IMG/VR virus record: IMGVR_UViG_3300029564_000003
Location: 69,289-133,288 of that record
Strand: one strand, 5' to 3'
Origin: a virus
DNA: 64,000 nt
Part shown: piece by piece, positions 38,458 through 47,551 of the stretch
How positions within the stretch are numbered: the stretch's first letter is position 1
Layout of the letters: the number at the start of each line of letters is the position of its first letter
Notes under the pieces: model-generated
Seen by the model: the letters and a program-made list of their open reading frames with translations, nothing else
The model's database searches: none
What the model was told of the DNA's origin: nothing
Made by a program: the position numbers and the translations under genes

Positions 38458-38952
38458 ATGCTTACCGAAGACGAGGTTGTGCAGAGCGTGCGCAATGATA
38501 TCATAAGGGCTAGCATCCTGCTTGGCAAGGCTCTTGAATCCATGAGCAAGCCGAATAAGGATTATAAGAAGTGCTGGGGTTATCTCAATACAGCGAACCA
38601 TCATTCGCGCAACGCGGAAAATATGTGCTTCGATAGAGCGAATTGGGTGAGAGGTGAAATAGTGGTTGACATCTATAAAGTGGTAGACGATAACATTGCC
38701 GACAAGTGGTTCAAGGCTACGTTTGTCGGAGAGAAAACATATCTCAAAGGACTTACAGTTGTGAACGGTCGAGAGTACCATATCAAATTCATGGGTAAGT
38801 TCGGTGATAAGGGATGGCTTTGGTTTGTGATTCGTGACCCGAACACCAACGCTGTATATAAGCTGATGCTCGGATACAAGGAGGCCCAATGCCCGTATAG
38901 CAGCATCGGTACATTCCTGTCGAACTGGAAGATTGCCGATTGGGTTGATTGA
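38458..38952 (+). CDS. hypothetical protein (164 aa)
   Basis: GAGAGGTTCAC RBS. Confidence 0.5.
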   Translation: MLTEDEVVQSVRNDIIRASILLGKALESMSKPNKDYKKCWGYLNTANHHSRNAENMCFDRANWVRGEIVVDIYKVVDDNIADKWFKATFVGEKTYLKGLTVVNGREYHIKFMGKFGDKGWLWFVIRDPNTNAVYKLMLGYKEAQCPYSSIGTFLSNWKIADWVD

Positions 38953-39009
38953 TATTTAGCAACATACATATAGTTACGATAACTAGACGGAAAATCTAAG
39001 GAGTTACAA

Positions 39010-39183
39010 TGGGTGCAATCAAGAAGCTGTTCGGGCGCAAGAGCAAGACGTGTCACAACATCTCGCTTGAGGACGGAAAATTTACCTGCTCGCGCTGCAA
39101 TGGCAGTGTCGAGTTCAAGGGTCGGGATGATTTGGCAATCGCCTACTGCCCGATGTGCGGCAAGCCCGTGGTGAAGGGGTAGA
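39010..39183 (+). CDS. small zinc-ribbon protein (57 aa)
   Basis: AAGGAG RBS; CSRCNG...CPMCG. Confidence 0.45.
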
Positions 39184-39186
39184 GGT

Positions 39187-39375
39187 ATGGAAATTAATAT
39201 CGGTGCGCCTGAAGCGATATACTTATCCATACTCATTATAGATGCTATTTTTAGAGTTTACCGAGATGCTGTAGAATCAACCAATAGAATCGACCTGGCG
39301 GCGAGCATCGTAGCTACCGTCCTGTCTGTTTGTATCGATACTGCTATTCTTATCTGGGGCGGATTCTTCTCGTAG
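39187..39375 (+). CDS. small hydrophobic membrane protein (62 aa)
   Basis: Two hydrophobic segments; GGTAGAGGT RBS. Confidence 0.4.
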   Translation: MEINIGAPEAIYLSILIIDAIFRVYRDAVESTNRIDLAASIVATVLSVCIDTAILIWGGFFS

Positions 39376-39466
39376 AAATATTGTTATTTTATGTATAATA
39401 TATGTTGTTTTATACAAGTACAGTCTGACGGAAAATCTGTGGTAAGATGACGCATGTATTCTGTCT

Positions 39467-40186
39467 GTGCCTATGAGAACGGATGTTGAGATGGGTGTTA
39501 AATCTGCGAATTTCAGCTATGGCGCTATGAGCCTTGTTGGCCTGTATCATACGGGCAATGTGTCCATCAAGATGACGACATACGTCGAGGGTGAATCGAC
39601 AAGGGGCTTGCCAATCACAATCTATATGGCGAAGGCAGCGGACATGGAAAATATGTATAACAATTCCGATGTATGGGTCAACCTGACAAATGGAATAGAA
39701 GCTGTCAGAGACCTTGACAGCTATGATTGTACTTATAATTTCTGTCGCTTTCAATCAACCAGCTTCGAGCAGCGCGACTGGGGAGCGGCAATTGACTCAA
39801 TGCCCGATGACATGCTTGTGAATCTGGCTGTCGGAAAACCTCAGACGATTATCGACTTCGGTGCCAACAAGAACTGTCCTCGTGCGATGCGTCAAGGCAT
39901 CCCGATTGCAGCTGATATTCTAGCACGTGCTTGGGATATCGAGACAGATGATAAGCTGCGTATCTTCAGCCGAGACGGAAAAAATATCATCACGGTAGAC
40001 GATGATACGCGAATGGATATACTGCGCAGCATGACCAAGCGTCAGCGCAGTAGGCTGAATTATTTCAAGAAGTATGTTTGCACCGACAAGATTGAGTTCA
40101 ATTTGTTGTGCGGAAAAACCACGCACGATAACGACTACGATTTCCATGTCGATATGCTGCATAACTGTTCCAAGTGTATCGAGTAG
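39467..40186 (+). CDS. hypothetical protein (239 aa)
   Basis: GTG start in the track; alternative ATGs at 39473 and 39491. Confidence 0.4.
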   Translation: MPMRTDVEMGVKSANFSYGAMSLVGLYHTGNVSIKMTTYVEGESTRGLPITIYMAKAADMENMYNNSDVWVNLTNGIEAVRDLDSYDCTYNFCRFQSTSFEQRDWGAAIDSMPDDMLVNLAVGKPQTIIDFGANKNCPRAMRQGIPIAADILARAWDIETDDKLRIFSRDGKNIITVDDDTRMDILRSMTKRQRSRLNYFKKYVCTDKIEFNLLCGKTTHDNDYDFHVDMLHNCSKCIE

Positions 40187-40227
40187 ACATATCATAGGTC
40201 AGACGGAGAATTTATCAATCGTGGAGG

Positions 40228-40262
40228 ATTCGTGTATACGGGTTCTCCACGATTTATTTTGA
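40228..40262 (+). terminator. rho-independent terminator
   Basis: ATCGTGGAG...CTCCACGAT stem + TTTATTTT. Confidence 0.55.
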
Positions 40263-40337
40263 GCAAACTACTTGCCAACCATGTGCTAACCATGTTACTA
40301 TCTACTTGTAAGGAGAGAACGATAGGAGGTTTTCGAT

Positions 40338-41132
40338 ATGGGAAATGCGGCATACGATTTCAATCGGAATAACTATTACAAGAAGAACAACATCATCGAC
40401 TTCGACTTTCGAGCGAAGCAGGTCGTGGCACCGAAGGCGGAAGCGCCGACTGGCGAGTACGACAATCGAGCGGGAAAGAAGACCGAGGTTTACGCAATCC
40501 GCACGGATGAAGAGGTCAAGGCTATGATTGACGTGCTGGACAAGCATATCGAGGAGGCCAACACGCCTACGCTCAAGCGTGTTGCGGCCAGGAATAAGAT
40601 GCTGTTCATCGTGGGAATCAACGTTGGTCTGCGCGCCAGCGACTTGCGCCTGTTGACTTGGGATTTCTTTTTTAAACAGATGCCAGATGGAAAATTTGAG
40701 TTCCGCGATGGATATAGTTTGCGACCCAAGAAGACGGCGCGATATCAGAAGCATGTCAATCTCCATTTCAATTCCGCCGTTAAGAAGGTTATCAGCTGGT
40801 ATGTTGAGCAGTATCCTATTGACGATATCAAGGGTTATGTTTTCCGTTCACGTCAGCTTGATAAGCCAATCACTGTAAATGCCATGTGCCGAGTTGTGAA
40901 AGAAACGGGTGAAGAAGCTGGAATCAAACAGCCGCTTGGCAGTCATTCGATGCGCAAGACTCTTGGATATAGGATGTATCATGACGCAGATAACAAGACG
41001 GAAGCCCTTATTATTCTTCAGTCAATCTATGGGCATAGCGCACCAAGTACAACGCTCAAGTACATTGGCATATCAAATGATGAAATCGAGAGTGCGTTCG
41101 GTGATTTGAACATCGGTATTGATTATATTTAG
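40338..41132 (+). CDS. int: tyrosine recombinase / phage integrase (XerC/D-like, 264 aa)
   Basis: R-box GLRASDL, HxxR (HSMRKT) and catalytic Tyr context LKYIG; TAGGAGGTT RBS. Confidence 0.75.
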   Translation: MGNAAYDFNRNNYYKKNNIIDFDFRAKQVVAPKAEAPTGEYDNRAGKKTEVYAIRTDEEVKAMIDVLDKHIEEANTPTLKRVAARNKMLFIVGINVGLRASDLRLLTWDFFFKQMPDGKFEFRDGYSLRPKKTARYQKHVNLHFNSAVKKVISWYVEQYPIDDIKGYVFRSRQLDKPITVNAMCRVVKETGEEAGIKQPLGSHSMRKTLGYRMYHDADNKTEALIILQSIYGHSAPSTTLKYIGISNDEIESAFGDLNIGIDYI

Positions 41133-41234
41133 GGCGGAAATTTATGAATACACGGGGTTGATATATTCTACTCCGTGTATTATCATAAATATATATGCAA
41201 TACACAATAATCAGAATGGAAAGGTCGAGATTAT

Positions 41235-42152
41235 GTGGCGAGAGAGTATGATGCATTTGTTGATTCGATAGAATCTGAGAACACGGCGAAGATAGCGCGG
41301 TCTATGTCGTACATAGGGGAACACGATTACGATTGCGTGACACCTCCGATGATTGACGCTGTCGTGTTGGATATGAAACCAAAGAGCATGAAAGATATCA
41401 CAACGACTTTGTATATCATGTCATTATATGCCGTGTATCTCGGTAATAGAGATATGGAATACATGATAAGAGGTGTCGATAGGAAACTGTTGTGGAGAAT
41501 GGCCAAGCCACATGCGCCAAAGAAGTTCATATCGTCAGCTGAGTTCGAAGATATATACGACAGTATCTTAAGACACGAGGAACATAACGCATTGTATTAT
41601 GCATCTTTATTTGCAAGCATATACTATGGCATATACTCAGACGATTTGAGTGCGCTCAAGAATCTGCGTGCGTCCGATATAGACGGAACATCGGTACGTG
41701 TCGGCGATATCGTCATCGATGTGCCAATCGAGTTGTCAAGAAATCTTTTATCTCTGGCTGACAGCAATGCATGGTGGCGCAATAATAGATACGGCGCGTA
41801 CAAGGTTGTCACCAAAGGTTTGCATGATGATTCGTGCTTCAAGGTTGAGAGCAGGAACGGAACGACAGAATACACGTACAGATACAGTTATTATAGGATG
41901 CTGAGGAAGATAGCCAAGGAATATATCGGCAGGGGATTGACGCCATTGCAGTTATATGTGAGCGGCATAATGTACAGGCTGTCGAAAAGACTTGATGATA
42001 TCGGTGTCACATTGGAAGATGCGTTCGGTGACAACAATAAGAACAGGTCTGTGAGCAGAATCATACGTGATGAATTGGATTATTCTGGATATGATATAGA
42101 GGTTCGCAACTTTCGTGAGATTGTCAAAGGCCATATAGATACATTTACATGA
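41235..42152 (+). CDS. divergent tyrosine-recombinase-like protein
   Basis: GTG start; LRASDIDGT echoes the integrase R-box; Tyr-rich C-terminus; weaker match than the int gene. Confidence 0.35.
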   Translation: MAREYDAFVDSIESENTAKIARSMSYIGEHDYDCVTPPMIDAVVLDMKPKSMKDITTTLYIMSLYAVYLGNRDMEYMIRGVDRKLLWRMAKPHAPKKFISSAEFEDIYDSILRHEEHNALYYASLFASIYYGIYSDDLSALKNLRASDIDGTSVRVGDIVIDVPIELSRNLLSLADSNAWWRNNRYGAYKVVTKGLHDDSCFKVESRNGTTEYTYRYSYYRMLRKIAKEYIGRGLTPLQLYVSGIMYRLSKRLDDIGVTLEDAFGDNNKNRSVSRIIRDELDYSGYDIEVRNFREIVKGHIDTFT

Positions 42153-42182
42153 GAGATTGTGAAGATGTTATTAAGAACACTT

Positions 42183-42220
42183 GATAGCACATCGACAGTG
42201 TGCTATCATTTTTTTCGATA
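42183..42220 (+). terminator. rho-independent terminator
   Basis: GATAGCACA...TGTGCTATC 9-bp stem + ATTTTTTT. Confidence 0.65.
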
Positions 42221-42236
42221 AAAATTCTACGGAGGA

Positions 42237-42584
42237 ATGTTCGTTATGGATTTGAATTTAGAAAAATATGGTTACGAAAAACATTACATAGACCACACCA
42301 AGCGCAGTGGTAAAATTGCACATGTATCTGGTAGCGTGTTCACAATCAACGGTTATAATCTGATAACAAAGGTGGACATGCGTGATTTGAAATTTATTCA
42401 AGATGACGAACGTGTTATAGTGCATGATTGTCAAAACGATATCGTCATGGATGTCAAGCTGGATGACATCGTCGATTGGCAAATCAAAAATTGGGGAGAA
42501 AATATGGAGGAGCACGTATTTACGTTGGTTGACAGGGATTTTTATTGTAAGATGTTGGTAAGCGGATACGAGGAGACGTACTGA
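42237..42584 (+). CDS. hypothetical protein (115 aa)
   Basis: GGAGGAATGTTCGTT RBS. Confidence 0.5.
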   Translation: MFVMDLNLEKYGYEKHYIDHTKRSGKIAHVSGSVFTINGYNLITKVDMRDLKFIQDDERVIVHDCQNDIVMDVKLDDIVDWQIKNWGENMEEHVFTLVDRDFYCKMLVSGYEETY

Positions 42585-42694
42585 TATCTGATTCGATTAA
42601 TTGTGTTCAGATTGTGAATCTCCGAACTATCTGAATGGAACGATGGTCATTGGGTATAAGATATAAGACAGTGAACGAGAGAACAGGGGACGAA

Positions 42695-43240
42695 ATGGAA
42701 GTCGAAATCAACGTGTTTATCGAGAAGCGCGATAAGGACACTGGCAAATGGCACGCACTTTCCACCTATTACGATGCGGTATACGAAGGTCGAGACTACG
42801 GCTTGTTCGGGTTGTTAGCTGGCGTCCGCAGTACCAGCGGTATGCTTCAGCCTGTAAGGGGCTTGCCAGAGGACGTTTCAGATGAGCTGCGTAAGTTGTA
42901 TGATGAATATGATTACTTCCCCTACGAATCCCGTAATGAATATGGTTACTTCTCTGCTACTTACTATGACTTCTGTGAGCTTGAGCTTGCATCGTATATC
43001 ATGTCTCAGTGGGCTGAATTTCTTGTGGAGAATGGCTTGGCATTACGAGATTATGATTATTGTCTGGTGAGTATGTCTGGTGTTGAAATCGCAAACTCAA
43101 TCGGGTATAATCTTAACCAGTTTGATTCTCTTGCATCGTTTATCGATGATGTTAAGAAATTCATTCGCTCACATGACGAATGTGATGTTGACAAAATCGT
43201 GCCGAACGATTATCGTATCGTCATATGGTTCAACTGTTAA
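42695..43240 (+). CDS. hypothetical protein
   Basis: AGGGGACGAA RBS before internal ATG of ORF 42635..43240. Confidence 0.45.
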   Translation: MEVEINVFIEKRDKDTGKWHALSTYYDAVYEGRDYGLFGLLAGVRSTSGMLQPVRGLPEDVSDELRKLYDEYDYFPYESRNEYGYFSATYYDFCELELASYIMSQWAEFLVENGLALRDYDYCLVSMSGVEIANSIGYNLNQFDSLASFIDDVKKFIRSHDECDVDKIVPNDYRIVIWFNC

Positions 43241-43413
43241 GTCGTATCTTCGACTGCTAAGGTATGATTGTTGGATTATGGAGGAAATATGGAGACGTAA
43301 ATTCTCGGTTGACCTCTTAGTCCGAATATGGTATAATACCATCAACAAACGGCGCGCATACTAGTAAATATATATGCGTACATACGTTAAAGTTCAAAGA
43401 AAGGAAGAACATT

Positions 43414-44064
43414 ATGACTACCGAGACTATGAATATGCACAAGGCTCTTGTCGAGCGCAAGATTCTGCCTGACCGCATTTACAAGTTGCAGCGTGAGTGC
43501 GAGTTCATCAAGGCAGTTAAGAATAACTCCAAGAAGATTGGAGGCAAGACGGTTCGCGAGCTTGAGGAGGCTATGAAGGCCAACGACCAGAAGCTCAGTG
43601 ACCTTGAGAATCGACTTAACGCTCTTGACGATGCCATTACGATGTCTAATGGCGAGACCACGGTTACAATCAATGGCGAGACCATTACCGTTTCCGTGGC
43701 AATTGAGCGAAAGAAGAAGCGCGTTGCTCGTCTTCAGGCTCGTCGCGACTCACTTATTATGCAGTATCGTGATGCCATGAGTACCTACGATATGAATAGC
43801 GGGGATGTTCTTGAGGATGAGGCCAACGAGTATGTTCAGCGCATCCTTCGCTCTCAGGGTGGCACCGCAGAGAAGTCTGATGATAAGTTCATCAAGGCTC
43901 TTCATGATTCTTACATCGAGAATAACGAGTTCAAGCTTATCGACCCGCTTGGCGTCAAGGATAGAATCGCATCTCTTGATGATGAGATTGCCGAGCTTGA
44001 GTCTGAGTACGATGCTGCGCTCAGCGTGAGCAATGCGATTACCGTGATTGAGTTCTCCTACTAG
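43414..44064 (+). CDS. coiled-coil protein (216 aa)
   Basis: GAAAGGAAGAAC RBS; heptad-rich central region. Confidence 0.5.
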   Translation: MTTETMNMHKALVERKILPDRIYKLQRECEFIKAVKNNSKKIGGKTVRELEEAMKANDQKLSDLENRLNALDDAITMSNGETTVTINGETITVSVAIERKKKRVARLQARRDSLIMQYRDAMSTYDMNSGDVLEDEANEYVQRILRSQGGTAEKSDDKFIKALHDSYIENNEFKLIDPLGVKDRIASLDDEIAELESEYDAALSVSNAITVIEFSY

Positions 44065-44220
44065 CCATCAACGATGAACTTGTTGCAAGCCGAAAACCTA
44101 GAACGGCTGTTCATCTTATGCTTGCCGTTGAGAGATGTAAAATATTATAACGTGCTCCATTTATCTTATATATAAGTGCCATTGATAAAGGCGCTCTTCA
44201 AGGGGAAGAGAATTTTCCGC

Positions 44221-44365
44221 AAAGTTCAAACCTCAAAGATTAAGGTTCATGGTTCAACGCTTAAAGTTCTACATCTCATTTGCATGATTGGTGTTTACGG
44301 ATTTTTATATCGTGCAAATGAACGCAAAGTTCAATCTTCAAGCACAAACGTTCAAGTCTATATCA
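44221..44365. repeat. iteron cluster AAAGTTCAA(A/T)C / CGTTCAAG (5-6 copies)
   Basis: Seen in sequence; non-coding. Confidence 0.7.
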
Positions 44366-44650
44366 AATCCTTGGGTTTCGGTTATTCGTTTAACAGCCAA
44401 CGACGATAGGTTATCCACAAGGCTGGCTTGTAACAAGTTCTTTCTTGACGATATGCGCCAAGACGCATCGACTGATACCGACAGTCGGAAAATAAACGGT
44501 ATGCTGAGCGGTCTTGGAAACGCTCAGGTTTAGATATTGTCTGTGTAGACTTTGCGCATGTTCTACTAAGTGTCCAGTAAGCGGCGAACCTCAGTGTACA
44601 ATAAGGGGAGCAAAGAGGAAACAGCAGACATTATTTTGATTGTGACACGT

Positions 44651-44734
44651 CCGAGGCTGGCGAAATTGGCAGACGCATCGGACTTAAAATCCGACGGTAG
44701 CAATACCATACGAGTTCGACTCTCGTGCTTCGGA
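44651..44734 (+). tRNA. tRNA-Leu (anticodon TAA), class II with long variable arm; no encoded CCA
   Basis: Manual fold: 7-bp acceptor CCGAGGC/GCTTCGG, U8, 3-bp D-stem with 11-nt D-loop, anticodon stem TCGGA/TCCGA, loop CTTAAAA (U33, A37), 15-nt variable arm, T-arm ACGAG-TTCGACT-CTCGT. Confidence 0.6.
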
Positions 44735-44897
44735 CGTGTCACAATTGACACTGTTGTTGGAGTGCGCGAGGTGGGCGCATCGTATAAGTTGACAAGACAG
44801 GCGACTTATAATCGCCAGATGCAGGAGCGTGGCCTGCTGCGCCTACCTCCCGTACTCCAACAATTCGGAAATTTTATTGGCTAAGAAAGGAAACACA

Positions 44898-45827
44898 ATG
44901 CTCTTTTTCATCGCAGGTTGCCTCTTGGCAATCATTGGAATCGTGCTTACCATCGCTCTTGTTCGAGCAAACAAGAAGAACGACAACGATTCTACGACCC
45001 CTATCGGCGGACTTGTTGTTCTTGCCATCGGTCTCGTTCTTATCCTGCTGTCTAGCATTTATACTCAGGATGTTGGTGAGACTGTTGTTCTTCGCAACCT
45101 TGGCGGTTCCGTTGCTGGCCATTCCGAGGATGCTGGTTTCCACTTCAAGGCGCCTTGGCAGGACACTATCAAGTATGATACCCGTAACAACCTTATCAAT
45201 ATGTACGGTGACACGGAATATTCTTACGATGGTGGTTCGGCTCAGGGTTCTAAGGTCACTATCAACGATGCGTCTGGTGCCAAGGCGAACATTGATATTC
45301 AGGTGAATTATTCGCTTGACCCGTCCACTGCGGAATATCTTTACAGTGAGTATGGCACTCAGACCGTGTTCACTCAGAACTACGTGTCGCAGGATGTTCG
45401 CTCTGTCGCTCGTGAGCAAGCTGGCAAGTTCGACACCATCACGCTTCTCACCGACCGCGCTCAGTACACCAAGGCAATCACCGATGCGCTGACCGCAAAG
45501 TGGGATAAGATTGGACTGACCGTTGAGCAGGTCACTGTTCAGGATATCTCTTATCCTCAGTCCATCACCGATGCATATGCTCGCTCTCAGGAGGCCGAGG
45601 TTGAGAAGCAGACCGCCCTCAACGAGCAGGAGACCGCTAAGGTTAAGGCTGAGACAAAGGTCGTTGAGGCTGAGAAGGAGGCGGAGGCCAACCGCAAACT
45701 TGCCGAGTCTCTTACTCCCGAGGTTTTGACGAAGCAGTACTATGATACTCTTTCTGAGCTTGGCAAGAATGGCAATGTTGTCGTGACCGATGGTCGTAGC
45801 ACTCCCATTGTTAACGTCGGTAAGTAA
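44898..45827 (+). CDS. SPFH/band-7 (prohibitin/HflK-C-like) domain membrane protein
   Basis: N-terminal TM helix, then an SPFH-like core and an Ala/Glu/Lys-rich coiled-coil (QEAEVEKQTALNEQETAKVKAETKVVEAEKEAEANRKLAE) typical of band-7 proteins. Confidence 0.6.
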   Translation: MLFFIAGCLLAIIGIVLTIALVRANKKNDNDSTTPIGGLVVLAIGLVLILLSSIYTQDVGETVVLRNLGGSVAGHSEDAGFHFKAPWQDTIKYDTRNNLINMYGDTEYSYDGGSAQGSKVTINDASGAKANIDIQVNYSLDPSTAEYLYSEYGTQTVFTQNYVSQDVRSVAREQAGKFDTITLLTDRAQYTKAITDALTAKWDKIGLTVEQVTVQDISYPQSITDAYARSQEAEVEKQTALNEQETAKVKAETKVVEAEKEAEANRKLAESLTPEVLTKQYYDTLSELGKNGNVVVTDGRSTPIVNVGK

Positions 45828-46414
45828 TATGTTATTCATCGCCTCGGTATCCTTCGGGTAGTCCGTGAAAGATGATATGGCTTTGGCTATATCACGAAAG
45901 CGAAACTGTCAGAGCTAAAACCTTTGCTGGTGGTATAGGCTAAACCAGCACCTTCTGTGGAATATATTGAGCCACTCCGCCGCATTTGCAGTCAGTTCAA
46001 GCAAACGAAGAATATTAGAGAATTCCTTCATAGCTCTTGTTGGCAACGGTTAAATATATTCCACAGAGGGTTTCATCTGCAAGGCGCACATGTACGCGGC
46101 ACTATAACCACTTGTCCATATGGCTTTCTCCTTACTACTATTTGCTGTTACTTATTATTGTGGTTTTCCTCTCTTTGTGACGTGTATGTTTTTCCTTTCT
46201 CTCGCGTAATTAACTCTCTTTGGCCCGTGCGTGTGCGTCTTGCAGATGAAATCTCTCTGATATGCATCTCTACCGTGTGTAGATGATGCCCTCTGGAAGC
46301 GTCTAATCGGCGCTTCCTGTTTGGAGTGGATAACCAGTGGGGAACTGGGCTGGACTGCTAATCCAAGCGTGCCATTTGTGGCATTGGTGTCGGATACCAA
46401 TCGCTCCGCCAAAT

Positions 46415-46494
46415 GCGCCTATAGGGTAATGGAGAACCCACCTGTCTTCTAAACAGGAATTTTAATCTCAGTTCGACTCTGAGTAGGCGTACCA
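46415..46494 (+). tRNA. tRNA-Arg (anticodon TCT), CCA encoded, unusually long 9-nt variable loop
   Basis: Manual fold: acceptor GCGCCTA/TAGGCGT (G1-U72), U8, D-arm GGGT-AATGGAGA-ACCC, anticodon arm CCTGT-CTTCTAA-ACAGG, T-arm CTCAG-TTCGACT-CTGAG, discriminator A + CCA. Confidence 0.55.
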
Positions 46495-46535
46495 GCTGTA
46501 ATTGCAGAGCGACTAGTCAGAAAGTAGCTAGTCTG

Positions 46536-47138
46536 ATGAAAGGTGAAACTCGCACACCCGTCGCTCTGCTTACAAATATTGCGAGAGATTGCGAGATTTA
46601 TATGGATGAATCCAATTCATATGAACTATGGAAAGAGTTGGTGTATCAATCAGAAAACTATCCTAAATTTGAAGTATCTAATACTGGTCAATTAAGAAAC
46701 TCAAAAACAAAACACATATACAAACAACATCTAAATCATCAAGGATATTATCAGGTATGTGTTTCACTTGGCAGTAGAAGTAGCAAAAAGGTTTTCAAGA
46801 TACACAGAGCTGTTGCGGAAACATTTGTAGAAAATCCATATAACAAGCAAATTATAAATCATATAGATGGCATAAAAACAAACAATAATGCAGCTAATCT
46901 TGAATTTGTAACGCATCAAGAAAATACAATTCATGCAGTTAAAAATGGATTGACACATTATCATTATGGGGAAGATATACATAATGCAAAGTTTACAAAT
47001 GATGAAGTAAGACATATAAGAGAAATATATATTGAAAACGATAAGGAATTTGGATGTTGTGCCTTGGCAAAGAAGTACAACGTTAATCATTCTGTTATAT
47101 CAAGAATAATTCATAATAAGCATTATGCCCATGTCTAA
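46536..47138 (+). CDS. HNH homing endonuclease (phage HNH_3 type)
   Basis: GYYQVCV...KIHRAVAETFVENPYNKQIINHIDGIKTNNNAANLEFVTHQEN = HNH_3 signature; AT-rich relative to neighbours; adjacent to a tRNA. Confidence 0.7.
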   Translation: MKGETRTPVALLTNIARDCEIYMDESNSYELWKELVYQSENYPKFEVSNTGQLRNSKTKHIYKQHLNHQGYYQVCVSLGSRSSKKVFKIHRAVAETFVENPYNKQIINHIDGIKTNNNAANLEFVTHQENTIHAVKNGLTHYHYGEDIHNAKFTNDEVRHIREIYIENDKEFGCCALAKKYNVNHSVISRIIHNKHYAHV

Positions 47139-47147
47139 GGAGCAACC

Positions 47148-47534
47148 ATGAGTGACCTCAAGCAAGAATACCTCGATGCAAAGTATGCGGATTATGACGA
47201 TGAATCTGATGCTCCATATCATCGAAAGCGCAAGCACAGCAAGCCAAAGAAATCAAGTCATAAACACGAGTATGTAAATATGGTAGTCGTGAACCCAGAA
47301 AAGGAGGATGACTTTCACCTTGTTGGTGCGTGTAAGCAGTGTGGTAAGATAGGCAATGTTCAAACAGATAAAAGAATTGAACGGAAATTTCCCAATATCA
47401 AATATAAATCATACATGATTTGCCATTCTGTTGGACACGAAAGTGAATATGATGAGTTTGTGAAGTGGTGCAAAGACAACTATGAGGTTGTTGAAATCGA
47501 TTATGATGATATGTGGGATTTGAAATACATCTGA
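47148..47534 (+). CDS. hypothetical protein with basic N-terminal patch and CxxC...H.H cluster
   Basis: 128 aa; GGAGCAACC RBS. Confidence 0.45.
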   Translation: MSDLKQEYLDAKYADYDDESDAPYHRKRKHSKPKKSSHKHEYVNMVVVNPEKEDDFHLVGACKQCGKIGNVQTDKRIERKFPNIKYKSYMICHSVGHESEYDEFVKWCKDNYEVVEIDYDDMWDLKYI

Positions 47535-47551
47535 TGTAGAAAGGTTTTTAT

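Noticed and set aside
44570-44884. 104-aa plus-strand ORF
   Set aside because: It overlaps the well-folded tRNA-Leu and its flanking inverted repeat, so the tRNA interpretation is preferred.
46155-46412. 85-aa minus-strand ORF upstream of tRNA-Arg
   Set aside because: It begins with TTG, lies in a CT-rich non-coding stretch antisense to the tRNA leader, and has no RBS. It is probably spurious.
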